A stretch of 58,121 nt of DNA, counting the filler, from Sphacelaria rigidula (Eukaryota): assembly GCA_964200075.2 (NCBI GenBank). It is 5 parts of 5 records of this genome, joined end to end, with 100 filler letters (N's around TTAATTAATTAA, not from the genome) between each part and the next. Parts side by side here need not be neighbours in the genome. Positions count along the whole stretch, not along the records: positions 11,646 to 23,190 come from CAXNAA020004806.1; positions 23,291 to 34,834 come from CAXNAA020004807.1; 3 more parts are not named here. The stretch is one strand, 5' to 3'. Of this stretch, positions 11,810 through 23,990 are shown piece after piece. Within the stretch, counting starts at the first letter, position 1; the number at the start of each line of letters is the position of its first letter. The notes under the pieces were generated by a model, which was not told the origin of the DNA, made no database searches, and worked only from the letters and a program-made list of their open reading frames with translations. The position numbers were made by a program, and so were the translations under genes.

Positions 11810-12627
11810 ACTATCGTAGAAAGTGTCTTCTCGAGAATGCACTGTTGTATGTGGTCCTTATGAGTCACGCGTAGGGAACGAGAACTGATCTGCGCTCTTA
11901 TGAGAATCGGACGATTTGATTCGTACGACGGGGGAAATGGATTCACTCTGCGTATGTTACAGGCCTTTTGTAACTCATGCGCCCAACGGTGCTCTGTTGA
12001 CTATGCAATGGCGGATTTTGAATTGGACATCTCAAACAACATGCATTCATGTATGGTGGGCGCTTGTTCCCTCAAGGCGTTTTCAGTGTTGTTACAAATG
12101 CTGACCGCACAGGGCTGGCACGCCACGCAACCCGCAAAACTTATCCCGTACACTGTTATTTCGTACGCTTGTTTTCTCTGCATCAAGACAAGTGCCTGTT
12201 GCCACCGTCATTCGATGCGATGCAATCATCAACCAACCACAGACAACAGCTCACCCTGTTACGCACGTTTGCTGCATGTTGCACTAAACAGCCAGAAATA
12301 GATTGTCTTTCGAAAACAAGGTTACACATATCATCAGTTTCAACTCCAAAGCAATACTTTCTCTAACCTGAAGAAAGTGATGGTGCCACAAACGTCAGTT
12401 TGATTTCGTCGATACGAGTCACGTGTGGGAAGCATGTACGAATATTCATGCCGTGTGAATTTCAGGTGGAAGGGGTACGCGCTTGTTTCAGCTGCATGGA
12501 ATACAGATGAGGCATGGATGCGCTTGATTGATACCGTATGGATTGCACGCAAGACACGTGTATCTGTGCTTCCACGCCGTGTGAATCACAGGTGAAAAAT
12601 ATGCACGCTTGATTCATGCAGCGTGGA

Positions 12628-12850
12628 GAGTCCTGCTACGGAAGGGGGAGGTATTCTACTCCACAAAAAATGGTCTTATAGATGCGTCAGACGACCCAAC
12701 ACACTCGCGGTGCGCTTGTATTTGGGTAAAAGTGGTCTCCAGCAGGATGGATGGCCGTCATTTATCGGGAATAAGCGCGCTCGAACAACCGTTGCTTCTT
12801 TCCACGACAAGTGAAATAGTGTGCGTGGAAGAAAACCGCCCAAATCCCCC
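12628..12850. mobile_element. Second copy of the 10223-10470 MITE family
   Basis: Shares gtcagacgaccc...actcg.ggtgcgcttgtatttgg and a TIR-like start. The right end runs into poly-C. Confidence 0.65.
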
Positions 12851-13025
12851 CCCCCCCCCCCCCCCACACCGCCCAACCGCCCACAGAAGGAACAAAAGGA
12901 AAAAGGCCCCCACCCCCCCTCCACAACNNNNNNNNNNCACCTCCCCCTCCTCCCCCCCGCTCCTTCACCAAACAGCAAGGCACGGCACAACTTGTTCAGG
13001 TCCCCCCCCCCCCCAACTACCGCTA

Positions 13026-13570
13026 GCCTGGTCCGCCGAGAAACCGGCGTGCTCCGTCCCGGCTTTATAGGGGCGAACTCCCGATGGGGTTGGCGTCGGT
13101 TGGCAATTACGCTACAAAACACGCCACTCACTGCGTAAGGTAGGCGACCAGTTTACTGATTTGTGTTGCGCGCTCGCGATTTTTTTTTGCGGTTGCCATG
13201 ATTGCAGTCGAGCTAGATCATGTTGTGCAGCGTGGGAGAACCTCAACTCCGTACAATGAAGATGATCGTACTACGTAGTGTTTGAATGGTGAGACACTCA
13301 TGAGGCTGTGTATTAGCCGTGGCTGTCTCTGAAAGTGGCGATACCAGAAAATGAAGCAACTCATTGGAGACTGTCATCCAGATGCAAGATAATCACCACG
13401 CTTTGGGACGAATAATCTCAGCAGGATGCAGCTCACGCCACATGCGACTCGCCGAAAAGACCACGGAGCTCCGCGATTGGTGATTGAGTGCGAGCCTGGT
13501 CCGGCGAAAACCCGGCGTGCTCCGTCCCGCTTTGCAGGGATGCGAAGTCAATGTTTTCTTCGCCAATGAT
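13026..13570 (+). repeat. Dispersed ~540-bp repeat with ~45-bp terminal direct repeat
   Basis: gcctggtccg..ccggcgtgctccgtccc.gcttt occurs at 13026 and 13494. The whole unit recurs reversed at about 28368-28930. Confidence 0.8.
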
Positions 13571-14542
13571 ACTGGCTCTCTACAAACCATGCCTTCATGA
13601 GCGCTTTACTGATTGTGCAACACTAGATTTCGTTTCGAACAATCATAACCAAGTCATGTCTTCCATCGAAGGGCTTCCAAAGCTGGGAGTTACAGAAGAG
13701 CATAGGTCTGAACATTCCCGTCTGAAAATTCATTCAAGGATTCCCTAGCCGATTGGAATGTCAATCGTGGCGTGATCTCACATATTTTACGAGTAGTGGT
13801 TTTTGGAGGATGAAGTGTCCTTCCAATTCAAACGTGAGTGGTATCTTGTGCACCCCTACCGTGGTATGGCTCGCCCCAGACAACACAACATGCCCATGAA
13901 TTGGTACGTATTTACTCCACCACGCGGCTATTTTTAGCCCAAAAATAGCTGAACAAATGCTGAACACATGGAGCTGACAAACTGAGATGCCGCGCACCCC
14001 CGCGAAATTTGTTTCGCACCCTTGGTACCTCTGTATCTACACAAGTACACATTATAGCCATCATCTAAGCCGATGCACGCATGAATCAACCACGATTGAC
14101 AACCGATCCCTCCTGGTTCACACAGAGGGCGATGCATCCGGAAAACTCCAGATTTTAGCTGCTGCTATTGAAATACTTGAAATCGTTGAATGTTCACCGG
14201 AAAGCGTACGGGAGCATAACAAGGTATCGATCTTCGACTCATAACTATTATTTTCCCAGGCTGTGTATCGAGTCGTCAGAACCTGCCGACGCAAGACTAC
14301 AAGATGTACCTACAAATTAGAACAGGTCATACTCTGCGCTGTGTGCTGTAGCATTGCATTACATTTACTTTGCTGTGACAGCTACACAGCCCCTATCGAG
14401 ATATGCGATAGCCCACGGTGTAAGCCTTGGGCATGCCGTTGCGTCGTGCTTTGCTTCCTATTCTTTCAAGTGATGATAGAGTGATGGAGAGACACGACTT
14501 TTCGTGCCTTTATTGACTGGAAGAAATACCGAAGCTAGCAAT

Positions 14543-14704
14543 AAACAGCCGATTCTCGAAAATGGGGTTGAAAAAAATGAGGTCAGGAGGGATGGGGTGG
14601 GGTGGTCCATATGAAAGTCATTTGTCATGAATTTTGGTCAGGGAAAGCACGGCTTTTGAGTTGAACCTCATTTTTTTCAACCCCATTTTCGAAAATCGGC
14701 TGTT
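14543..14704. mobile_element. Internally deleted foldback MITE (family of 52888-53314)
   Basis: ~40-bp TIRs aacagccgattctcgaaaatggggttgaaaaaaatgaggt / acctcatttttttcaaccccattttcgaaaatcggctgtt, with AAT on both flanks. Confidence 0.85.
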
Positions 14705-14827
14705 AATACCCCCACAACAGTTTCTGAGAGCCATCCAATCGCTACCACTCCCTCAACAGTTGATAATTTCCCGTCAAACGAAGCACATCCTTTCCATAGC
14801 TCTGCGCATTGTTGAATTCCGCATACG

Positions 14828-15124
14828 ACAATGTTTTCGTGAGATTGAGAGTAGAGGATGCGATTGAGAGTGAGAAGCGATCAATTAGTGAATAAATAGT
14901 TTCGGTTCCGAAATACCCCTCCACGAGGCCCGATGTGCTTTCTGGAGTAGCTTGCCACACCGAAGCCCTCGATATCCCCCAGTAGGACGTTTTGCTGTAA
15001 GCACACGCCGGTGATACAGACAAAGAAAAGCACACGGAATGAAAAGTCGACCAAGTTGAAGCGAATGATGAAACCCACTCTCAACCAGCGCTCTACTCTC
15101 ACCCTCACTCACGAAAAAATTGTT
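14828..15124. mobile_element. ~300-bp MITE family B, copy 1
   Basis: Imperfect TIR acaatgttttcgtgagattgagagtagag. Other copies at 18848-19148 and, reversed, 48947-49470. Confidence 0.8.
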
Positions 15125-15372
15125 ATACGTCCTATAATAGTATAGTGAGCGGCGGTGCAGCCTTTTCAAATCCGCCACCACATTGCACTGCATGCCGTAT
15201 CTCCTCAAAAGGAGTCACTAACACGCATATATATGATCTTAACCAAATGCATCTGCTCTCTATACGCCGATATCTATCCAATTTATCATGTCCACACACC
15301 TGAAATGTATCACATATTATATCAAGTAAAAAAGCAGTAGTGTGGACAAATGAATGTGTGAAGGAGACAGTA

Positions 15373-15614
15373 CGTGCAATGCGTGAGAGGACCGCGTGCT
15401 TAGGGGACCGCGCCGTTGTTAAAACACCTCAGGATCGACGTTTTTCAAACCCAATCAGGCCAGTCCCTGAAGGTACCACGCCCCTGATCCTAACCCCAAC
15501 ACTAACCCTAACCCTAACCCCAACACTAACCCTAACCCTAACTCTAACCATAGGGGGGTTGTTCAAATTCCGATGCGGTCCTCTAAGCACGCGCGGTCCT
15601 CTCACGCATTACAG
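15373..15614. mobile_element. TA-flanked MITE carrying telomeric (CCCTAA)n repeats
   Basis: TIRs aatgcgtgagaggaccgcgtgcttag.ggaccgc / gcggtcctctaagcacgcgcggtcctctcacgcatt. TA on both sides. CCCTAA-like array at 15489-15549. Confidence 0.8.
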
Positions 15615-16712
15615 TATGTATGCGCATGATGAACACCTGTATACACATGTACACAGGATTAGGCGAGAAGTCCCAGAAACGTTTGCATCATCAGCAACAT
15701 GATGAGTGAGCAGCCCCGAGGCCTGTACGGACGAGTCTCCGGTACCTGAAGTCATAGATGAGGTTCGGCAGTAACCGCTCAAGATAGCGGAGCCACCTCA
15801 CCTTCGGGAAATACCTTGTACTACTGTGTATTTACTTAGCACCTGGGCTCACGGCCAAACCTTGTTTTGCGTATCAAGCCAGAAGCACCCCGAAATATGA
15901 AGAACCGTTGGCAGTAGGACTACTGCAGTGACCTTCGTCAAGAGGAACGCGGAAGTCACCTTCTTCGACCGCAACACTTGGTTGTACCGCAGAGCCCCGG
16001 TGAAGACGTTTTCACATTGGCGATGCCCCGTCTCCGGTTGCAACACGTGGTGGTGCCGTAAGACGTCAGCGAAAACGTATTTATAAATGAAACATCGAGC
16101 ACATTCATACGTTTTATCATACTACGGTATAACTGTTTACTCTTCTCGGGAATAAAGCCGTTGTACTTAGTCTCCTGAGGTGCCCTACATATTCGAAAAA
16201 GCTTGTTTGCTACCTTTCTGTGCCCAAGGCAGCGTACATCGAGTGATGCCGCAGGAGCTCAGCCTGTGAATACTGTTGTATCCCTGAGCATCTTCAACGT
16301 TGCTGAGCAAAATGTCGAGCGCCGCCTGGACAGCCATGGTCTCGCCTGCACTAGCATCATCAAGTGACTCAGCCCGGGAACCATTCGGGCTTACCTTTTT
16401 GTACCTCGATCTTCATACCTACTCCGAGTTAATAATGTTAATATACTGCTGTGGTCTCTGGGCGTCGGGTCACTTGATGTCAGCACGGGTCATCGCACTG
16501 CGCGGTCCTCTGCGCACACAAACTTGCAGCGCCGTACGTACCAGCGAATGCGATCTACGCGTCACCAGCACAGGAAGGGTGGAGCCCTGCTGCCCGAGGA
16601 TTCACGGGCTTTTTTCGTTGAGCCGGTGTGACAGTCACAATCGAAGTTGGGCTGGCTTGACTTGTGGTGGAATGACTGAACAGGATCTGCCAAAATACGC
16701 CCGACACGTTAA

Positions 16713-16831
16713 CCCTTTTGGAACCCACTGACGATTTTTATTTTCGTGTATCGGCATCATTTTGACTTGAAAATGATTGAAAATGATGCCGATTCGCAAA
16801 AAACAAAAATCGTCAATGAGTTCCTAAAGGG
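16713..16831. mobile_element. piggyBac-type MITE
   Basis: TTAA at 16709-16712 and 16832-16835, CCC...GGG termini, near-palindromic body. Confidence 0.85.
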
Positions 16832-17459
16832 TTAAAGGGGTCTCTTGCATGTTGCTGGTGTGCGCGTACACTGCCAAACGTTTTGATATGCTTGGAAAAT
16901 AATCGATTCAGTTCTCGTATCCACGATGATTGTCATCTTAGACTTCCATGTAGGACCTCGCACTCATCTATCTGAAGTATTCGTTTCTAGACACCCACCT
17001 CCGCGCGTGCACAACGCCGTTCCGAATCAAGACGCGCCACTAAAAAAATGTGCTCTGCTAGTATACCCTACCTAACGCGCACTACATACCAGCGTATGTT
17101 ATCTCCCGCGCACGTTGCACTCGCCACCACCACACCCCGACTCATGTGCATGCCCTACTAGTGCGCACTACACTGCACTCTACCATGACTAGCATAGGCG
17201 CCTGCCCTATCTGCACACACTACGGGGAGTCTTCCCGCGCATGCCGACCCAGGTGTTTGGTCACCAGCGTACCAATTCATCCTCGAGTCCGGATCGGGGT
17301 TGGTGTTAAGGTTTGGGTTCGACGTTCGTTTCGGTTCTCGGCGGGATCCTTAACCCCGATATATCCGCCCAGTTCGAAAAGTAGTCTCAGCATGAAAATG
17401 TTGTAGGTGGATCCCAACATCCTAGTGTGATGTCGGTCTGAGACATTCGAGTGATGCTT

Positions 17460-17693
17460 CGGCAGGGGTGCACAAATATTTTCTGAGGTTAAAATTGTCA
17501 GGAGCCCTTTATCTCATCCAGAACACGACTTATGGAATATGTGAGAGTACGCCAGGGTTACTATTCTAATGTGCTCGGGATATCCCGAATAAATTTGCAA
17601 ACGAGGATGCCCTGGCCCATATTCTTGTGCATCTACAATCGTCAGGAGCCCCTGAACCAGACAAGAATTCGCGCAAAATGTGCACCCCTACCG
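17460..17693. mobile_element. Tc1/mariner-pogo-type MITE, copy 1
   Basis: TIR cgg(c/t)aggggtgcac / gtgcacccctaccg followed by TA. Second copy at 19833-20067. The same terminus appears at about 13848-13861. Confidence 0.85.
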
Positions 17694-18847
17694 TAGGGTT
17701 GGACATGTCAGGTGATGGACGTTTACCCTCCAAATGTACGTCCCATGTAGAGTGCCCAAAAGGATATATCCATATATATGGCAAAATACCGAGCAAGCCC
17801 GAGTCCACTGAGCAGAGCAGCTGACGACCCTCACGGTTGGAATTGTCTTGGGTTATGTCACCCATATGAGTCGCTTCGATCAGTCCGAAACCAGCTTTTA
17901 TACGCTGTATGGTTAATCTCTCCGTGGCAGTTATTATGGGGCTCGTTTTTTGGGGGGGGTACTTATGGCCGTGGCGGCGCAATCACGAAGCGAAGCGAGT
18001 GCTTTTGGCACGATCCCCAACCGAAACGGCGATCTTCGGCTGGCGAGCGGGTCCCGCTGAGGGTGTCAGGAATACACGCTTTTGGCTTCATCGCTTTTGA
18101 ATACCGAGTTCATTACTGAGCATCCAATCCACACGTAGCGCTTTGAGTGCACAAAACTTACCTTCGCGGAGAAAAATGCGAGAACTAAACGGTTGCACGG
18201 GCGGTGTGTGAAGGGCTTTCTGCCTAGGTACACAGTCTTGACTTCGTCAGAAATATATAACATTTCTCATTTCCCGCGCGGGACAAGCCGATACCGCTGT
18301 GGGTAGCAGATCCAAGCGCCACAACTTGATAGACTCGATCTATTGATTATTGCACATGAAATGATCCACTACGATTCTAGCTGTGGTCACCAGAGAACAC
18401 ATATATAAGGATAAGTAGAAGAAAGCACTTGCCAGAGGACAGTACTGCAGTGGGACCCCCTCTGGATATGAAAAACCGTTGTAGGAACTCTCTTTGACTG
18501 AGCGGCACAGCTTGAATAGGCCCGTACTCACAATCTCCGTCCCCTCAATCCTGTGTACGCTCACGCCTCGCTAGAGCGCAACACTCGGAAGCAGCGCATA
18601 AAAATCGCAGATATCATCCCCCGAACCAGTCACGTCCCACCCAAATTCGCCGCATTTCCACTGCATACACTATTATTATAGGGGTCTGCATGAAAGTTGG
18701 AACACGGACACCCCTGAGGGAAAACGTAGATGTTACCGTACCAACATTTATTTCTCACTACATAATGCTATAAATGACAGTAACTGCTTGCAGTAAGTAG
18801 CTTTACACCCGCGCAGCGTTGAACTACCTGCAGTATCAACCGTATTC

Positions 18848-19148
18848 AACAATGTTTTCGTGAGATTGAGAGTGGAGGGTACGATTGAGAGTAAGAATCG
18901 GTGAAAAAATGAATAGATAGTTTCAATTCCGAAATGCCCCTCCACGAGGCCCGATACGCTTTCTGTAGTAGCTTGCCACTGAAGCCCTTGAAACCCCTGA
19001 GTAGGACATCGATGTCTAGCTGTAAGCACACGTACAGGTGATGAAGAAAACACACACAGAAAGTGAAACTTGTCACGTGAAAGCGAATGATGAAAGCCAT
19101 CCTCAATCAACGCTTTACTACTCCTAATAATCTCGCGAAAACAGTGTT
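18848..19148. mobile_element. MITE family B, copy 2
   Basis: Colinear with 14828-15124. Confidence 0.8.
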
Positions 19149-19832
19149 ACCAACGAATTTGTATACATACAGCTATCGTCGCAGAAAGTTTACTGAATCA
19201 ATCGGAGCTACCAATTACAAAGCAAATCGATTGGTGCAGTGACGTAGTACGTCAGCTTGGGCTCAGATCTCAAGACTGTCATATTTGTACGAACACGAAT
19301 CAGTTACACGGTTATTTCAAACCAAATGTAATCAACCCAGGCATGTCAGTACACATGATTAAGAATTAAATGCTGTTGTATATTATTGATTTATTCGCTC
19401 ATGATGAGATGTCGCACTCTGACTGATCCATCAGGGATGCAGTCGTGTTCAAACGGTAGACCTACTCGAGACAAAAATACAACTAAAACATTCGTTGACG
19501 AAAAGTATAAAGGCATAGTAGACCAGGAGAATAGAAGCAAACATACAACAGAAACAAGAAAAAGTAAAGAAACCTGGTCAAAAAGGGAGAACAGACGAGA
19601 AGGTCTTGCGCAGAGAGCATACTCATGCCCAATCGAAGATATCAAAATGCCGCGGGAAAATTTGCGGCTCATCTACTACGACCGCATTATTTTGGGTATG
19701 AAAGCTCTCATCTATGAAACCTACAGAACCGAGGCACCAAACTGCTCTGGTATACACCTGCAGAAAAGGACACACACAACATGGAGAAAGGGAGAGCAGA
19801 GAAAACAACTACAACAGCAGAGAGCGATGATG

Positions 19833-20067
19833 CGGTAGGGGTGCGTAAATAATGTCTGAGGTTAGAATTGTCAGGAGCCCTCTATCTCATGCAAAACACG
19901 ACTCATGGACATATGTGAGAGTACGCCAGGATTACTACTCCAATGTTCTGGGGATATCCCGAATGAATTTGCAAACGGGGGTGCCCTGACTCATGTTCTT
20001 GCGCATCCAGAATCGTTAGGAGCCCCTTAACTAGACAAGATTTTGCACAAAAAGTGCACCCCTACCG
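19833..20067. mobile_element. Tc1/mariner-pogo-type MITE, copy 2
   Basis: Colinear with 17460-17693, with the same TIRs and TA on the right. Confidence 0.85.
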
Positions 20068-20551
20068 TAGCATTGCTCCAGTAGTGGTGAAACCCAAAGG
20101 ATTTGAAGCGATGAAGCGGGTACACACACACACCAGGGGGCACCGCAGAACCACCGAACAAGGACATAATCAACAACCGATAGGAACGGACAGGATCCTC
20201 CGTTTGGCGGCTCTCGACGCTGCAGCCTCTCGTTCGTGACGGCGATCCGGTTCTCGTTTGTCTTCGCGTCGCTACGTGTTCTCAAACTCTTCCGCCCCTT
20301 TCTCGACTCCAAGATGCCATTTTCCGATGCTCTTCGCCGCAGTGACCCAGTTGTGTGTACCGTTAAACTCTTTGAAGCTTAGACCGTGATGTCTTACCGG
20401 GCAATCTGTAGAGGCGAACACAGCCATCGATTCAGTCGTAACGGCTCGTACGTGGTATCTCAAACCGGACCGTCAATTCTCCTTCCTTGCTTGCTGTTTC
20501 CTTCACGCTCGTCTGCTGTTTCATTTAAATCAGTGTAAGCCAAGGCAACGC

Positions 20552-20953
20552 ATGATGAACGGCGATCATCATTCCAGGGCGATCCACTATTCCGTGGAGA
20601 TCGATTGCCCGTCTTGCCCACCGCAAGCATCGGAGCGCTCTCGGAAGAGAAGGCTCACGGGCGAGACTGCTAACAACGAACCGCCGTCGTGGAAAAATGC
20701 CCTAGTGTCGAATACGCGAGCCACTCAGGAGAGCGACTGGATAACTACCCAATACAAGGCCTTCCGGGACCATTACCGGCGGTTCCACTCCTCGGATGGC
20801 AAGTATCCGGTTTCTAAGAGAGAGTTCGACAGGAACATGGCGGACATCCCCCAATTCCGGCGGAAAGCGAGCAACGCCAACGAGAGTGCAGAGCTCAAGA
20901 GGCAACGTGATAAGCGGTACAGCGAGAGGAAGAAGGAGCGACGACGGCTAGCG
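20552..20953 (+). CDS. Possible coding exon of unknown basic/charged protein
   Basis: ATG-initiated open frame with NLS-like RKRR and a KRQRDKRYSERKKERRR tract. Strong donor-like GTGAGT at 20954. No recognisable domain. Confidence 0.35.
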
Positions 20954-22499
20954 GTGAGTCAGAAAACGGGCCGTCTTTCTGTCACGCGTGCCGTTGATTG
21001 AGCCCCGATGTCATCCTGAGAGAAGTGGTTCAACTTGTCGTGCAGTGCAGTATCGTATGAAGAAAGCAAACAGGGATCGAATATCGACGGGGGTCTCTTG
21101 GGCATATAAACAGTATGTAGCTGCACCGTTACGGGGTTTTGAGTCACCCGAAAGCAAGAAGCTCTACTGGCTGCAGTAATTAACAGCTCGTTCGAGCATC
21201 ATCCCTTGCGTAGTTACGATATATATTCTCTGTAGTAAGTATCCACGGCCGTGTGAGTATCTAGAAGGCCCTTGGAAGCAGTTTGCAAAACGCCTTCTGT
21301 CACCTACTCTTTCAGGGCAGTGGCAAGGCATCGAACAGTGCATTAGCCAGCACTTTGTGATGAGGTCAGCCCAGTCCTTTGAAAAGTATACAAAAAGATT
21401 CAACGTTTGGCCGTCAGGGCAAGTTGTCTCTGCAGCATCACTCGAAAATAACTGCGATGAGACCCACACGACTCACCCTCGCGACCAAAGGAATAAACGT
21501 CGGAGCTGGTAACAGGTCGCGGGTCGCGCTCTACAGCGAGTTGGTGTTGTCTGATGCTCGCGGATATGTACAGACATGTCAATGGTGGAGCACGTGGCTT
21601 ACTGTTGGACAGATGATAATGCCACGTATGTCGCACTGACTACATGTCTCAGTTGCGCCTCGTTTTCCCATGATGTGATGTGTTCACTACCATCTACACA
21701 AAGTCGTCGGCTTTGATTTCCGAAAATCAAACGATACGCGATAGCTTTCATCTACAGTGCAACAGGAAAACATAAGTAGAGCACGCGGTGTGTACTGAGA
21801 CAGAAAACAAACATCATCGTGGCTATGACATTGAACTGCAACGTATCGTACCGTGCTGTACTGTACTGCACAGTTCCTAACACGAGGTTGCTGTGCTCAC
21901 CTATCCATACCGGCATGTGTGCCAAGCAGTGTGTGGAGCTAACATTCACTGAGACAATTTATTGCTGCTTCAGATTCACCTTATATAGTTCTTGTATTTT
22001 TCGGAACACCCGCCTGACGTCCACACTCTCATTCTTTCCTCTTTCTTGATGGACAACGGAAAAAAGAACTTGCGGTCGTCACTGCCCTGTTCGATATCTA
22101 CGAATCTACCTAGTCACATGAGCCTCCTTGAAAAGCTGATCATCACTCCTACAACATGTTTGTTTTTTACCATAAACTCTGTTTCCAGCGACTACTCTGG
22201 TTAGATAGTGAAACCTTTCAAGCTGTGATATTGTATCGTGCTTCAATCAGTTTGGGGCGCCGTATTCCGTACTCAAGAGCTATAAAGATAAATAGTGGCC
22301 CCAAGATGGAGGCGAGAGGGGGGCGTTCTGAGTATCCATAGGTAGTTCATGAGAGTGAATATGTAAGTGGTGGTGGGAACGTTGTTACCCATTATGAAAA
22401 AGTGTTGCGTAAATACCGAGAGGACGATTCAAGTGAAATATGTCGCGTGCATGGATGATATAAGTTAGCGTGCGAGTAATGATCCCCCCCCTCCCCGAA

Positions 22500-22572
22500 T
22501 GCTCCGTTTCGGAAGTGATGCGTGGTCAATGGTCAAACGAATGAGGCAGGCAACGAATGAATACAACCCTCC
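22500..22572 (+). mobile_element. Short LINE 3' fragment preceded by a C-run
   Basis: Matches about 52035-52100. Upstream C8TC4 at 22484-22496 and downstream ccctcc. Confidence 0.7.
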
Positions 22573-22935
22573 ACATTAGGGTGGAAAGGAAGCGGGATTG
22601 GTTGCCGCGACACGTGCACATGGTTGAGTTTTCCCTTCCAGCTATCTGATTTCTGCCGGTGAAAGCGTAAGAGTGTGAGAAGCAAAATGAGTTTGTCTGA
22701 CTTGAGTGGTTTTGACGACAGTCACCGGCGCGGTGTACCGGTGGAGATGCGTTGATCCCGTGAGAGCAAAACTCGTCCCCATGGAGGGGTTGGAAGTATG
22801 ACGAGAAAGAAAGCAATCGTTCGAATTGCATATCATTTCCCTTACACACATGCATTGTCTGGGGGGACAGCTGCAAGACGTTATTTATCGAAGCGATTTT
22901 CACGCGAGCTGCGCAACACAGACTAACCCCTTTAA

Positions 22936-23033
22936 CCCCTAGACCGCGAGATTAGTCTTTCTGGATCATGCATACTTTTTTCCCTTTGAAATTGATGCCG
23001 ATTCAACAGAAGACTAACCTCGCGGTCTAAGGG
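22936..23033. mobile_element. piggyBac-type MITE
   Basis: TTAA left and TCAA right. TIR cccctagaccgcgag.ttagtctt / aagactaa.ctcgcggtctaaggg. Confidence 0.75.
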
Positions 23034-23190
23034 TCAAGATATATTTCTCCCGCATCTTGAATCTCATTCCGATCATGTTTTGCCTCTAGATTTTTCATGA
23101 GTCCGCTACCACAACTGTGCTGTGTACTTCTAACAACAAATTGTGCGAATTGAGGTTTAACTTTGAGATGAGGTTCAAGCCTAAAACAGT

Positions 23191-23290
23191 NNNNNNNNNN
23201 NNNNNNNNNNNNNNNNNNNNNNNNNNNNNNNNNNTTAATTAATTAANNNNNNNNNNNNNNNNNNNNNNNNNNNNNNNNNNNNNNNNNNNN
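23191..23290. other. Assembly linker
   Basis: N-run with TTAATTAATTAA. Confidence 0.98.
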
Positions 23291-23374
23291 ACTCCAAGCC
23301 CTCCCCAAAGACCAACCCCCCCCCCCCCCCCCCCCCCCCCCCTCCCCCTCCCCCTCCCCCTACACACGTCACTC

Positions 23375-23990
23375 ATGGATATCTTCGCCGTAGATGTTAC
23401 TCCGCAAGGGACGACGGCGTCGAAGGTCATCACCAAGAAAGGAGAAAATATCGTCAGCGCGGACCGTTCCAACTCCCGCCGGTAATGGTTTTTCAAGGGC
23501 AACGAGTGCAGCCGGGGTAGGCTATTGGCGGGGGTTCATCGAATGCGTGATACGCTTCACCGAATCGTCATTCATGCAGGGGTCGCCGTCCATTAGCTAC
23601 ATAAAGGCGGTCCACGAGCACATTCCTGACACCGGGAAGGCTGACGGGAAGCCGCACGTGCTAGTTGCTCGATAGCCACGCCTCCCACCTCACCTTCGGA
23701 GTGGTTAAGTTGGCGATATCGCTCATGACTGAATAGTTTCAGCTTCCGTCGCACTCATCACACATCACGCAGCCCTCAGACGTCGCCGCGTTTTGGATCT
23801 TCGAGAGGAAGATCACATCAATATTGCAGTCGTTCCAACGCCCAAACGGTGAGCAAGATTCCGGTAAAGTCGGACACGGCCAACGTGATCGGAGATGCAT
23901 TTCAGCTGAGCTTCACGCCGTCACAGGTCAAGGCGTCTTTTCAGGGAGCAAGTCTGACGCCTGCGGACATGCACGGGGCTCTGAACAGGC
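23375..23990 (+). pseudogene. pogo/Fot-like DDD transposase pseudogene (DDE_1-type catalytic domain)
   Basis: IFAVDVT..KVITKKG, TESSFMQ, LDSHASHL (D at 23671), LPSHSSHITQPSDVAAF (D at 23779, 35 residues between) and AFQLSFTPSQVKASF. Frameshifts and stops. Confidence 0.85.

Noticed and set aside
19386-19838. 150-aa ORF as a gene
   Set aside because: TTG start, A-rich low-information sequence, ends inside a MITE terminus, and no recognisable domain.
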